Positions 20,149-29,479 of a DNA stretch of 64,000 bases are shown here, in pieces (the stretch's first letter is position 1; every line of letters starts with the position of its first letter). The stretch is from the NCBI GenBank assembly GCA_002726235.1, contig PBSN01000004.1, forward strand, positions 37,279 to 101,278, written 5' to 3'. The notes under the pieces were generated by a model. The model searched no databases and was not told the origin of the DNA. It was given only the letters and a program-made list of their open reading frames with translations. Position numbers and translations under genes: made by a program. Origin of the DNA: Nitrospiraceae bacterium (GTDB lineage Bacteria; Nitrospirota; Nitrospiria; Nitrospirales; UBA2166).

Positions 20149-21345
20149 ATGAACGTCCACGAGTTCCAAGCAAAGCAATTACTGGCGCGGTACGGTGTTG
20201 TAGTTCCCAAAGGCAAAGCCGTGACCAGCAAAGACGCAGCTGAGAAGTGGGTGTCTCAACTGGATAGCTCGATTTATGCAGTCAAAGCCCAAATACATGC
20301 AGGTGGTCGTGGATTGGCCGGCGGCGTTAAGTTAACGAAGAAACGGGAAGAAGTTGGGGCTCTGGCGAAATCGTTGCTCGGCATCACATTGGTGACTCAT
20401 CAGACGGGGCCACAAGGCCAAAAGATTCGCAGGGTACTCATCGAAGAAGGGGTGGCGATCAAGAAGGAGCTCTACCTCAGTCTTCTCATTGATCGGCGTA
20501 CCGGTTGGCCGGTATTCATTTCCTGTCCCGAAGGCGGAATGGATATTGAAGAATTGGCCAAAACAAATCCTCAGGCAATTCACAAGGAATATATCGACCC
20601 ATCATCGGGTTTCCAGCCATTTCATGGTCGCAATCTTATGCTCAACCTCGGACTCCATGTCATGGGACCGCAAGTCGCCAAATTGTTTAGGGCGCTGGTG
20701 GGTAATCTCTATCGATTTTTTATGGAAAAAGACGCCTCACAGGTCGAGATCAATCCGCTAGTGATCACGGAAGATCAGGAAGTCATTGCGCTCGATGCGA
20801 AGGTCATCTTCGATGACAATGCTCTGGCGCGGCACCCTGACGTGCTGAAAGTTCGCGATCTGCACGAAGAAGAGAAGCTAGAAATTGAAGCCTCGAAGCA
20901 CGGGTTGAACTATGTCAAGCTTGATGGAACCATTGGGTGCATGGTCAATGGTGCCGGTTTGGCCATGGCAACCATGGACCTCATCAAGCTGGCTGGAGGC
21001 GAACCGGCAAACTTTCTTGATGTAGGAGGCGGTGCGTCTCAGGAGACGGTTAAGGAGGCGTTTAAAATCCTCCTCTCTGACCGCAAGGTCAAAGGAATTT
21101 TCGTGAACATTTTTGGTGGAATTGTACGTTGCGAACGGATTGCCGGAGGGATCATTGCGGCCGCAGAGGAGATGCATGTTCGTGTGCCCATTGTGGTTCG
21201 GTTGCAGGGTACGAATGCAGAACAAGGAAGAAATCTTCTCAATAAATCTGGTTTGAAACTGAAAGCCACGACAGATCTTTGGGAAGGAGCACAAGCAGTG
21301 GTTGAGTTAACGTCAGGCCCCTCCAAGAAAAGTCGTGCCGCATGA
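20149..21345 (+). CDS. sucC: Succinyl-CoA synthetase beta subunit
   Basis: [22 protein letters not shown]...[11 protein letters not shown]...[15 protein letters not shown]. 398 aa. Stop overlaps the sucD start. Confidence 0.95.
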   Translation: MNVHEFQAKQLLARYGVVVPKGKAVTSKDAAEKWVSQLDSSIYAVKAQIHAGGRGLAGGVKLTKKREEVGALAKSLLGITLVTHQTGPQGQKIRRVLIEEGVAIKKELYLSLLIDRRTGWPVFISCPEGGMDIEELAKTNPQAIHKEYIDPSSGFQPFHGRNLMLNLGLHVMGPQVAKLFRALVGNLYRFFMEKDASQVEINPLVITEDQEVIALDAKVIFDDNALARHPDVLKVRDLHEEEKLEIEASKHGLNYVKLDGTIGCMVNGAGLAMATMDLIKLAGGEPANFLDVGGGASQETVKEAFKILLSDRKVKGIFVNIFGGIVRCERIAGGIIAAAEEMHVRVPIVVRLQGTNAEQGRNLLNKSGLKLKATTDLWEGAQAVVELTSGPSKKSRAA

Positions 21346-22226
21346 GTATTCTGGTTAATAAATCAACGAAAGTAGTCGTTCAGGGGATCACCGGAAAAGA
21401 AGGCGGATTTCATGCGGGTCAGTGCCGAGAGTATGGAACCCAAATCGTTGCCGGGGTGACACCAGGGAAAGGTGGAAAAAAGGCTGACGGTGTTCCAGTG
21501 TTCGACACCATGCACGAAGCGGTCGAGGAGACGAAGGCCGACACGTCGTTGATTTTTGTACCTGCCGCGCTCTGTGCCGACGCTATTTACGAGGCCGCTG
21601 CCGCTGGGATCAAGCTAATTGTGTGTATTACCGAAGGGATTCCAGTCAATGACATGGTTGAGGTCAAGCGGTCGCTGGTGGGAACTGGCATTCGACTAAT
21701 TGGACCCAATTGTCCCGGGATTATTACCGTGGGTGAAGCGAAGATCGGAATCATGCCGGGATTTATTCATAAACGCGGACGTGTCGGCGTGATCTCGCGG
21801 AGCGGAACCCTGACCTATGAAGTTGTGAAACAACTGACGGATGAAGGCTTAGGTCAGACTACTTGTGTTGGAATTGGTGGAGATCCTGTTGGGGGAATGA
21901 ATTTCGTCGATGTTCTCGATCTATTTGAAAAAGATCCGAAGACTGAGGGTGTCGTTATGATAGGCGAAATCGGTGGTGACGCCGAAGTTCAGGCCGCAGA
22001 GTTTATCAAAAAGATGATGAAAAAGCCTGTTGTGGCCTTTATCGCGGGGATTACCGCGCCTCCCGGCCGCCGGATGGGACATGCCGGAGCGATCGTGACT
22101 GGTGGTGGTGAAACAGCGGCCGAGAAAATGAAAGTCCTCAAATCAGCCGGCGCGCATGTCCTCGACAACCCCGCCAAAATTGGTGCGTGCATGACACAGG
22201 TACTCAGCTCAATAGAAAACTCCTAA
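21342..22226 (+). CDS. sucD: Succinyl-CoA synthetase alpha subunit
   Basis: [28 protein letters not shown], and phosphohistidine loop [10 protein letters not shown]. 294 aa. Confidence 0.95.
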   Translation: MSILVNKSTKVVVQGITGKEGGFHAGQCREYGTQIVAGVTPGKGGKKADGVPVFDTMHEAVEETKADTSLIFVPAALCADAIYEAAAAGIKLIVCITEGIPVNDMVEVKRSLVGTGIRLIGPNCPGIITVGEAKIGIMPGFIHKRGRVGVISRSGTLTYEVVKQLTDEGLGQTTCVGIGGDPVGGMNFVDVLDLFEKDPKTEGVVMIGEIGGDAEVQAAEFIKKMMKKPVVAFIAGITAPPGRRMGHAGAIVTGGGETAAEKMKVLKSAGAHVLDNPAKIGACMTQVLSSIENS

Positions 22227-22247
22227 ATCGTTCGGGTGAAATCTAGC

Positions 22248-22280
22248 AAAAACCCGTGGCATAGGCTACGGGTTTTTTTT
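22248..22280. terminator. Bidirectional rho-independent terminator between the convergent sucD and the 259-aa membrane gene
   Basis: AAAAACCCGTGGC-ATA-GGCTACGGGTTTTTTTT: an 8-9 bp GC-rich stem with one mismatch. It is followed by T8 on the plus strand and preceded by A5, which is T5 on the minus strand. Confidence 0.65.
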
Positions 22281-22361
22281 GTGCCGTTTGGATTTCCATG
22301 CGATGAGCTGGAAGGATGCCCCCCTCCACATGGGTGCATCGCGACCCATATCACATAGTCG

Positions 22362-23141
22362 TCAACTCTTCTCCTCAGCGGTCGTCTGAGGCGTTTGTTT
22401 CTCCCTATACGCCCAATAGACCAAAACCCCGATGGTTAATACAAGCAATACAAAGGTCGGACGGCCGTATTCGGCACCTGAGAATATAATCAGGTCATCA
22501 AATCGCCCGATGAGCAATGACATGCGCGACATAACGGTATAACCAAATGCCGCTCCAAACGCGATCATTAAGAACACAATTCCAGTTCGTGCGACTGCCT
22601 GTCCTGCCCCGCGATGTTCAACCGAAAAGAAAAAGTAGAACAACACCGAGAGCACCCCAATAAGGGTGATCAAGTTGTTGATATCGCTTTTTGGATCGAG
22701 GAAGTTTATTGTATAGGTCAGTCCCGATGCTGTCATCGTCGCCAACGGCCTGATGGTGTCTTCTAATTGGCTAAGCACGTTAGAGGAGATAAGCCGCGGG
22801 ATAATGGTTCCGGATCCAAAGCCGACGACGAATGCGAAACTAATTCTGGACAGCCAGGCAATCCTTGGGAAAAACCGAGCAGAGATCATCAGGCCGAGCA
22901 GAGACGGAATGAGAAGCTGCCACTGGCCTTCTTCTGTCATGGGCACCCACAACAGTTTCACTCCAACAGCATAAATCGTAATCACGATACTATACCCGAC
23001 AGAAATCCCGACATACAGATGCTCTCCGAGTTTGAACAATGGGTTATCCCTATACAGAAAGGTATAGATAAAGAGAGTCAAGCCCGTCGCCACCCAGGCT
23101 CCAATTAGCACGTCTATCGGTATTCCGTCAGTCGGCATCAA
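22362..23141 (-). CDS. Polytopic membrane protein, unknown family (about 7 predicted TM segments by eye)
   Basis: 259 aa, strongly hydrophobic throughout with short charged loops. The start abuts the stop of the upstream gene (23141/23142). No recognisable motif. Confidence 0.6.
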   Translation of the reverse strand: MMPTDGIPIDVLIGAWVATGLTLFIYTFLYRDNPLFKLGEHLYVGISVGYSIVITIYAVGVKLLWVPMTEEGQWQLLIPSLLGLMISARFFPRIAWLSRISFAFVVGFGSGTIIPRLISSNVLSQLEDTIRPLATMTASGLTYTINFLDPKSDINNLITLIGVLSVLFYFFFSVEHRGAGQAVARTGIVFLMIAFGAAFGYTVMSRMSLLIGRFDDLIIFSGAEYGRPTFVLLVLTIGVLVYWAYREKQTPQTTAEEKS

Positions 23142-23984
23142 TCACGTCCTCTTCTGTCGTCGTGAGATCACGTAAAACACATTGCAGATAATTACAAGCA
23201 CAATAATCACAAAATGTGTGGCGGATTGCGAATCCATTCCCGCCGTAGCTTTTCCAGACTGATCAAGCAACTTTTCATATTCTGCAGCACCACGGAGACC
23301 GCCAATGAGTCCGTTAATTTGACCCGCGCGAAGGCGAGGATACAGCCCGGGCGCCATGACCGCAGTGCTTCCTCCTCCTAATTCAAACCGATACTTATCC
23401 TTTCCATATATGTACCACTCATCGACCCCGGGAAAGCCTGCGGCGAGACTCACCGCATAGTCTACATCCCGGAGCGTTTTCACATTGTGCATCACGGAAA
23501 GCTCATCAATAGGTATCCCATAATGATCCTGAGGGAACGTCCCCACAAGATCCTGCCCCATGCTCAAAATGACCGCTGATGCTCCCGGGCGCCATCCGAG
23601 AAACGCATAGTCTGTTCCATTAATCTTCTCCAGCTCCTCTGCCACCGTCGCCATGGCTTCTTCTGCCATGCCTGTTCCTGTTACGAGGAGTGTCAGTCCA
23701 ATCACCTTCAGGTTCTTTTTGAATGCATGGCGGAGAAGAGCGATGGCTTGAGGATAGACCTCAGGCTTAGATGCAGGATCAAAATCCATAGAGAGTAAGA
23801 ACACTGACCCTTCAGGGAGCGATTCCATATGGTCATAAACGGCTCGTACTTCTGGCGAAATCATGATTGGGAGGTTGATGGGGTTGAGCAGCGGAATCAA
23901 GGTCGCAAGCGCGATAAGCATGAAAATAAAGCGGCGATCAATCGCAAGCATCCTGGTCACAATGGAATGATTGGACAGGTTCAT
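23142..23984 (-). CDS. Bitopic protein: N-terminal TM, ~210-aa soluble domain, C-terminal TM; unknown family
   Basis: 280 aa. TM helices FIFMLIALATLIPLL and HFVIIVLVIICNVFYVI. Start overlaps the upstream stop by 4 nt (23981-23984). Confidence 0.6.
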   Translation of the reverse strand: MNLSNHSIVTRMLAIDRRFIFMLIALATLIPLLNPINLPIMISPEVRAVYDHMESLPEGSVFLLSMDFDPASKPEVYPQAIALLRHAFKKNLKVIGLTLLVTGTGMAEEAMATVAEELEKINGTDYAFLGWRPGASAVILSMGQDLVGTFPQDHYGIPIDELSVMHNVKTLRDVDYAVSLAAGFPGVDEWYIYGKDKYRFELGGGSTAVMAPGLYPRLRAGQINGLIGGLRGAAEYEKLLDQSGKATAGMDSQSATHFVIIVLVIICNVFYVISRRQKRT

Positions 23985-24634
23985 TCCTTCTTCCCACCGA
24001 GATACATACGCTCAATCCCAAAAATTATTTTGATCGAAAGTGCAATCACGCCCAAACTGACCCCAATGAGTATCGCTCGTCGAACCGACGAATTTATGAC
24101 ATTGAGTATCCATTGTGCGATGTCCCCCGAAAACGCCCAGAGATATTCCCCAAGCGGGACCCTGCCCCACATCACGAGAAGCGCGGCGATGAGCAACAGT
24201 GCTGCTTCCTTTGTCCTCGCCCGAAAGGCACGATAGGCAGCCGATGCAACGAAAAACGCCAGGAGCGAAAACATGGTCCCCTGCAACGGAACCATTGCGT
24301 ATGAGTATGCCCATCCGTAACCGGTTAACGCTCGCTCCGAATCAAGGTTTTTTCCACCTGCCAAAATCCCTGCGATGACCATTGCAAACATTGCAGCAAA
24401 GAGCACAGCGCTGTATCCCCAGCCTCCCACGTTCCGTTGAATACGATGCATGTGCAGTTGGATCAGGCTGACTAATCCCAAAATCAACGCGAACCCACCG
24501 ATGATGATGATCCAGTTGGACGCATTCTTGAGCAGTGCCTCAGAGGTCGGATGGGGAACGTAGTATTGCATGGCAAACACTACCCCCATGCAAAAGGTCA
24601 CTACGAGTGGAAGTTGTCGCTTTAGAAAAATCAT
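23981..24634 (-). CDS. Polytopic membrane protein, unknown family (about 6 TM segments by eye)
   Basis: 217 aa and hydrophobic. Translationally coupled to the downstream gene. Confidence 0.6.
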   Translation of the reverse strand: MIFLKRQLPLVVTFCMGVVFAMQYYVPHPTSEALLKNASNWIIIIGGFALILGLVSLIQLHMHRIQRNVGGWGYSAVLFAAMFAMVIAGILAGGKNLDSERALTGYGWAYSYAMVPLQGTMFSLLAFFVASAAYRAFRARTKEAALLLIAALLVMWGRVPLGEYLWAFSGDIAQWILNVINSSVRRAILIGVSLGVIALSIKIIFGIERMYLGGKKE

Positions 24635-24822
24635 TGGTTAGGAGTCAGCAAACGACACGATATAAGCCGGAAGCACTTGATGGATTGCTGAAACATAATG
24701 GACTGTTCAAAAAATCAAATCTAGCAGACCATAGCTATTTTGATGCGCGGAATGTACCGGTAAGTACGGCGAACATGACAAAAAAGCGAGAATGCCACTG
24801 GATGACTTTTTCAACATTCCTA

Positions 24823-26064
24823 TCATTTAAAATCATAGAACACCTGAACGGCATACATAAACGTCTCAGTCTGAAAGATTTCCCCTGCCGTGCTGAGAGC
24901 CACACCCAAGATTAACGCCCCAAGTAGCACGGCCTTTCCCAGATCCTGTGCTCGCAATGTTCCCACCATTACCGGCTCACGGGATAGATATGCGCTCGCA
25001 GCATACAATTCCTCACCCATAAGCGTGTAATCGCAGGCAATGACGAAAAAAGGAAGCTGATGGTCCGCATCGGTCCCAGCAATCTGAATGGCTCCCGCTT
25101 CGTGCCCGGTCTCTGCCAACAGCAAAGACTCCGCAAAGTAATAGCCTAACAGAAAGATAGCTGCTGGCCGTTCTCTAAGCATGATGCCTTGAACTGCTGC
25201 GGTGTAGCTGAATTGATCATCTGTAATATAGAAGTTCATTTCCGATGTGTACGCATCCGGATGTCCCGTCTGTGTGTACGCTTCTTTGGTGATTTCTTGG
25301 CAAATCGCCAACACAATGGGATCTCGATGCGGCACAATCAGGCCGGTCTCATACGTCGACACCTTTTTGGCGACCTCGCTCAGCACGACGGTTGCTGCTA
25401 TGGTCGATGGATTATCCATAGACGCGGAACCTGTCAGATACAAAATTGGCTTCCCCATTTCCGTGGCTCGCCCGATCGCCTCCTCAACGGCATCCAATCC
25501 CCCGATGCGGCGGAGAAACCTGTGAGGGGCTTTTCGTGCCCTGCGAATGGAAAACAACACAGCCACTGTAAAGAGGATCAGAAGTAGCAGGTTATTAGAT
25601 TGTGCCCGATTGAACAGATTTGGGCGTGGAGTCGCGCTTAATGGCTTGGTTTCAGCGGAGTGCATTCCGTTATCGATAGCAAGCTTGACCCAATAGGGTG
25701 TTCCGTCCTCAAACGTTACCTGTTTACCGGACTGAAGATCGAATCGATGATTGTTCGGTGTGGCCAGACGTATCCACCATGGGTGTTTCGGGCCTTTTCG
25801 AAAGTGCTTGTCGTGCGGAAATGCAGCAACTTCCTGATACGGACCATCTACAGAGCCCGCAATCAACACTTGATACCGAAGAGATGATCCATCAACCGGC
25901 AAAATGCTCCATCCCAGAGTGAGGCTTCCACCCCCATCATTCGGAGTATCAATCACACGAAAGTCCTGAGGAGGCTGAAGATGTCGGGTGTCAGCGCTGG
26001 CTAAGGGTGCCAAAAGTGCTATTATCGCGATGGTAAGACCGAGATCAACTGCTCGCTTACACAT
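24823..26064 (-). CDS. Membrane protein with signal peptide, FN3-like ectodomain, TM, ~230-aa domain and C-terminal TM; unknown family
   Basis: ATG at 26064 gives MCKRAVDLGLTIAIIALLAPLASA, a signal-like N-terminus. PQDFRVIDTPNDGGGSLTLGWS...YQVLIAGSVDGPYQEV looks like a fibronectin-III-type beta sandwich. TM helix LLLLILFTVAVLFSI follows. The ORF-track start at 26100 is a TTG. Confidence 0.6.
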   Translation of the reverse strand: MCKRAVDLGLTIAIIALLAPLASADTRHLQPPQDFRVIDTPNDGGGSLTLGWSILPVDGSSLRYQVLIAGSVDGPYQEVAAFPHDKHFRKGPKHPWWIRLATPNNHRFDLQSGKQVTFEDGTPYWVKLAIDNGMHSAETKPLSATPRPNLFNRAQSNNLLLLILFTVAVLFSIRRARKAPHRFLRRIGGLDAVEEAIGRATEMGKPILYLTGSASMDNPSTIAATVVLSEVAKKVSTYETGLIVPHRDPIVLAICQEITKEAYTQTGHPDAYTSEMNFYITDDQFSYTAAVQGIMLRERPAAIFLLGYYFAESLLLAETGHEAGAIQIAGTDADHQLPFFVIACDYTLMGEELYAASAYLSREPVMVGTLRAQDLGKAVLLGALILGVALSTAGEIFQTETFMYAVQVFYDFK

Positions 26065-26315
26065 GCTAATCACTTCAAGCACCCCTGTCTCTATTGCCAA
26101 AAATACACACGCGCTATGGTAACGAAGAATGACTGTTGATTTCTACACCCAAGTGGCGATTGGTAATCCAAGCGTATCAAATGATAAAATTGCTCAGTTT
26201 CGATGCAATGTTTTGCTTTTTGGCCCCGTGATTGATACCCTAAGGGTGCTTATTCATCCGACACAGCAGTATCAACCCAAAGGAGGACCAGATAGCTAGA
26301 CCATCACAGCTTGCC

Positions 26316-26510
26316 ATGGCCAAACGCAATCGCGAACGGGCCAAACAAGCCAAACGAAAAGCTAAAGAGGAGCGAAAAGCACAGCGAACAGCTGACAAGC
26401 TTCAGCGTCCACAGGCAGTCTTGGACGAATTTGGGAATCCCATCGAACTCAGTGATGATCTTGGTCAGCTCACTGAGTCAGAGGTAGCTGACGTCCCAGA
26501 AGACCAGTAA
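26316..26510 (+). CDS. Small bipolar protein (basic N-terminal half, acidic C-terminal half), unknown function
   Basis: 64 aa: MAKRNRERAKQAKRKAKEERKAQRTADKLQRPQ then AVLDEFGNPIELSDDLGQLTESEVADVPEDQ. ATG start with no competing ORF. There is no convincing RBS at proper spacing. Confidence 0.4.
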   Translation: MAKRNRERAKQAKRKAKEERKAQRTADKLQRPQAVLDEFGNPIELSDDLGQLTESEVADVPEDQ

Positions 26511-26535
26511 AGCACCTCATCGCCTCTTCCCAGTA

Positions 26536-27672
26536 TTACCCTTCAAGAATTTCTACATTCGTGCGAGGGACAATAATCTGTGCAGCGTTTGGCAGTTCTA
26601 CCTCAATCACCCGAACATGGCTTTCGGTTGGAATAGTTTGAAGGTCTGCGGGGAGAGCGGTTACTTTTCCAATCTGGCCAAAATGAGGTTCGCGGATAAT
26701 GCGAATCTGATCCCCTATTGCAATCCCCTCTCGTGATTTTGTGTTTTTCCAATTACTCGGTGACGACTCATCGGCATCCCGCCGCAAAGGAATAATGATT
26801 TCAGGGCGAATGACACCGGCGCGAATCTGGGTAGCACCAGAAATAGAGGTCTTGCGCCCAACATGGTGGGATAAGAGATGGAACGTCTTCTGTGCCATAG
26901 GGATTGCGCCAAATCCTTCTGTCACGATAAGAGTGAACCCAATTGTTTCCGTTCCTGTAATGGCAACACCAATATCGTATCCCAACAGTGTGTTGAGATC
27001 CTGCGCATCGACTCCTCCGACGATCAACCCTCGAAGGCCGCGGTCCTTGGCCTTTTGCAATACATCCCAACTCGCGTACGCACCGCCGAATACTACTGCT
27101 CCACACATGTCCGCAGTGATGTGAATTGGGTGCATAATTTCATCTGGTGTTTCGGTTGCCTTGACCAGCGGCCCCCAGACTTCACCGCCCACACCGAAAA
27201 TGCCCTGAAGCAAGCTGCATGTGGTTTCAACTATCACGCCTTCTTCGGAAATAATCTCTTGAACAATCCCATCAACATATGCCATTACGTTCAGGGGGGC
27301 CGGGTTTTCACGAATGAGTACCTGCCCTGTCACGTCAGAAATGCTCTCTATTGACCCGGATATTGGCGATTCGACCTGAGTTTTAAGCCAAGCAATGAAC
27401 GGCCTGTCCTCGGCGATGATATCACCACGCTCAATCTCGTCCCCTTTTTTCTTAAGCATGAAGTCCTGAATGTCGGTAGGGAGAATACCCAACTGATTGA
27501 CCACATTCAGTACGTGAACTTTTCCTGGAAGCTCGGTTCGTGCAATGACGGTTGTCGGATCGACCGCCTGCCCTCTCTTAACCAACACGACGCCGGGAAG
27601 CGGGAGAACCCGTTTCTTTCGAAGAATAGTTCGATCGGTGATGGTGAGTCCAGGGGTGTATGCGTGAGCCAT
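26536..27672 (-). CDS. Hypothetical 378-aa protein: N-terminal barrel-sandwich (lipoyl/hybrid-like) motifs, central alpha/beta region, C-terminal KOW/SH3-like segment
   Basis: VVLVKRGQAVDPTTVIARTE and KKGDEIERGDIIAE...VESPISGSIESI resemble hybrid-barrel motifs. The C-terminal IAIGDQIRIIREPHFGQIGKV is KOW-like. Starts 4 nt after the upstream stop. The family is not recognised. Confidence 0.65.
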   Translation of the reverse strand: MAHAYTPGLTITDRTILRKKRVLPLPGVVLVKRGQAVDPTTVIARTELPGKVHVLNVVNQLGILPTDIQDFMLKKKGDEIERGDIIAEDRPFIAWLKTQVESPISGSIESISDVTGQVLIRENPAPLNVMAYVDGIVQEIISEEGVIVETTCSLLQGIFGVGGEVWGPLVKATETPDEIMHPIHITADMCGAVVFGGAYASWDVLQKAKDRGLRGLIVGGVDAQDLNTLLGYDIGVAITGTETIGFTLIVTEGFGAIPMAQKTFHLLSHHVGRKTSISGATQIRAGVIRPEIIIPLRRDADESSPSNWKNTKSREGIAIGDQIRIIREPHFGQIGKVTALPADLQTIPTESHVRVIEVELPNAAQIIVPRTNVEILEG

Positions 27673-27676
27673 GGGA

Positions 27677-29479
27677 TTAGGGAGTAGTGCTCGGATAGAG
27701 ATTCAATAAATCATTCCACCTCATGAGGGTGGCGATACGATGATTGTGATTGTCAGGAAGTTGTAGTGGTCGCCCGCGGCAATCAATGATCAGACCAACT
27801 ATTCCTCCGCTCAATTCGCGCCTAATGCGCTCGCCTTTTCCGATCCCCAGGTCAACACCTCTGGATGGGATGAGTGTGAGAGACGCCCCGTTCCAATTGG
27901 CAGAAGGACGTAACAGAATTTCTCCCCACTTCACAGATCCCGCATCAAGCCGGCGCTGCGCGACACCACGAACTTCATATTCGAGACAGGGATCATTCAA
28001 TTTTCCTTGTCCTAAGGGTGCAACGCAAGTTCCCAACGGAATCAAGCAATCATGGAAAAATACGTCAGTCGCAGCGCGTTCGTCCACCGTCGATAGTACC
28101 CCTAAATGAGGCATCATGAAAATACTGTCTACTGCAAGTTCTGTAATTCCGACCGGCTCATAGGCATCGATCATCATGACCATCGAATGGACACGACGCG
28201 GAGCATGAGAAATAATCCCACCACTTCCAACGATTAAATCGAGGCATTGCATCTCAATTAACGAGTCTCCTGCAGTCTGTTGCTGAAACACATCTGAAAT
28301 CGATCGTTCCTGCTGTAGACCCTTAAGCCCGGTGGCTAGAGTTTTGTGATGGTTCATTGCCAAGCGAAGCGCTTCACGTGCAATGGCCTGTTCAATTTGC
28401 AATTCTTCCAGTGTCTGTGGAATGGTGGTCGGGCGGATCATCTTGTTCTTGATCCGATTTCGAAGGTCAGCTTCAGGAATTCCAAATGGAAGCCAACGCA
28501 GGACATTTTCGATGCCCGTTTCAGCTAAGACATTGGAAATGCTGTAGCTCATGCCGAGGTTGGCACTGACCGTCCGATTGAACACCTGATCGAAGACAGA
28601 AAAAACATCAGTTGTTGCTCCGCCGATATCCACCCCGACAATGTTGATGTTGTGCCGTTTTGCGAGACTCTGCATCATTACGCCAACCGCTGCGGGAGTG
28701 GGCATGATCGGCGCACCGGTCCATAACATGAGAGTTTTGTACCCTGGGGCTTGGGCCATCACGTGTTCGAGGAATAGGTCGTGAATCTTCGCACGTGCAG
28801 GGCCAAGGTTTTCGCGTTCAAGCGAGGGTCTGAGGTTTTCCGAGATCGAGAGCGCCATCTTCTCTCCTAAAGTGTGTTCGATTTGTTTGCGTGCCTTCAT
28901 ATTCCCAGCGTAGATTAGTGGAAGGCGATATCCAAGTCCCAATCGTGGTTTTGGATCAGCAGCCGCAATGTATTCTGCAAGTTCAACTACGTGGGTAATG
29001 GTGCCGCCATCTGTCCCTCCGGACAGCAAGATCATGTCGGGACGCAAGGCGCGAATACGCTCGATTTTTTCATGAGCCGGCCTTCCATCATTTGAGGCTA
29101 GGGTATCCATCACAATGGCACCAGCGCCTAATGCGCATCGTTGTGCACTTTCCCCGGTCATATTTTTGACCGCTCCAGCCACCATCATTTGAAGACCGCC
29201 ACCGGCGCTACTAGTTGATAAGTACAGGTCGATGCCGTCGTTGCCATGGCTCGGTGTTCGAAAACGTTCACCATTGAGAATAGTACGTTCAGATAGTTCT
29301 TCAATTTCAGCGATGGCGTTCAAGACGCCACGTGTCACATCTTCGAATGGAGCTTCAACTGTCGTTGGAGCCTCTCCTCGAAACGTCTGGCGATATTTGC
29401 CGTCTTTTTTCTCAATCAAAATGGCTTTCGTCGTTGTACTGCCACAGTCTGTGATGAGGATCGTCTGGAGGTTATTCAT
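27677..29479 (-). CDS. ASKHA-fold ATPase of the GlmL/MutL (glutamate-mutase accessory protein L) family type, 600 aa
   Basis: The N-terminal phosphate-1 motif ILITDCGSTTTKAILIEK and the second motif IVGVDIGGATTDVFSV are typical of actin/Hsp70-like ATPases, and the DxGST.TK form of the GlmL/MutL family. No mutase subunits are adjacent. Confidence 0.7.
   Translation of the reverse strand: MNNLQTILITDCGSTTTKAILIEKKDGKYRQTFRGEAPTTVEAPFEDVTRGVLNAIAEIEELSERTILNGERFRTPSHGNDGIDLYLSTSSAGGGLQMMVAGAVKNMTGESAQRCALGAGAIVMDTLASNDGRPAHEKIERIRALRPDMILLSGGTDGGTITHVVELAEYIAAADPKPRLGLGYRLPLIYAGNMKARKQIEHTLGEKMALSISENLRPSLERENLGPARAKIHDLFLEHVMAQAPGYKTLMLWTGAPIMPTPAAVGVMMQSLAKRHNINIVGVDIGGATTDVFSVFDQVFNRTVSANLGMSYSISNVLAETGIENVLRWLPFGIPEADLRNRIKNKMIRPTTIPQTLEELQIEQAIAREALRLAMNHHKTLATGLKGLQQERSISDVFQQQTAGDSLIEMQCLDLIVGSGGIISHAPRRVHSMVMMIDAYEPVGITELAVDSIFMMPHLGVLSTVDERAATDVFFHDCLIPLGTCVAPLGQGKLNDPCLEYEVRGVAQRRLDAGSVKWGEILLRPSANWNGASLTLIPSRGVDLGIGKGERIRRELSGGIVGLIIDCRGRPLQLPDNHNHRIATLMRWNDLLNLYPSTTP

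Noticed and set aside
24635-24822. 188-nt gap inside the four-gene membrane cluster, checked for a terminator or small gene.
   Set aside because: Only a weak GTAC-based stem and A/T runs without a convincing hairpin are present, and there is no ORF. I cannot decide whether the first gene is transcribed separately.
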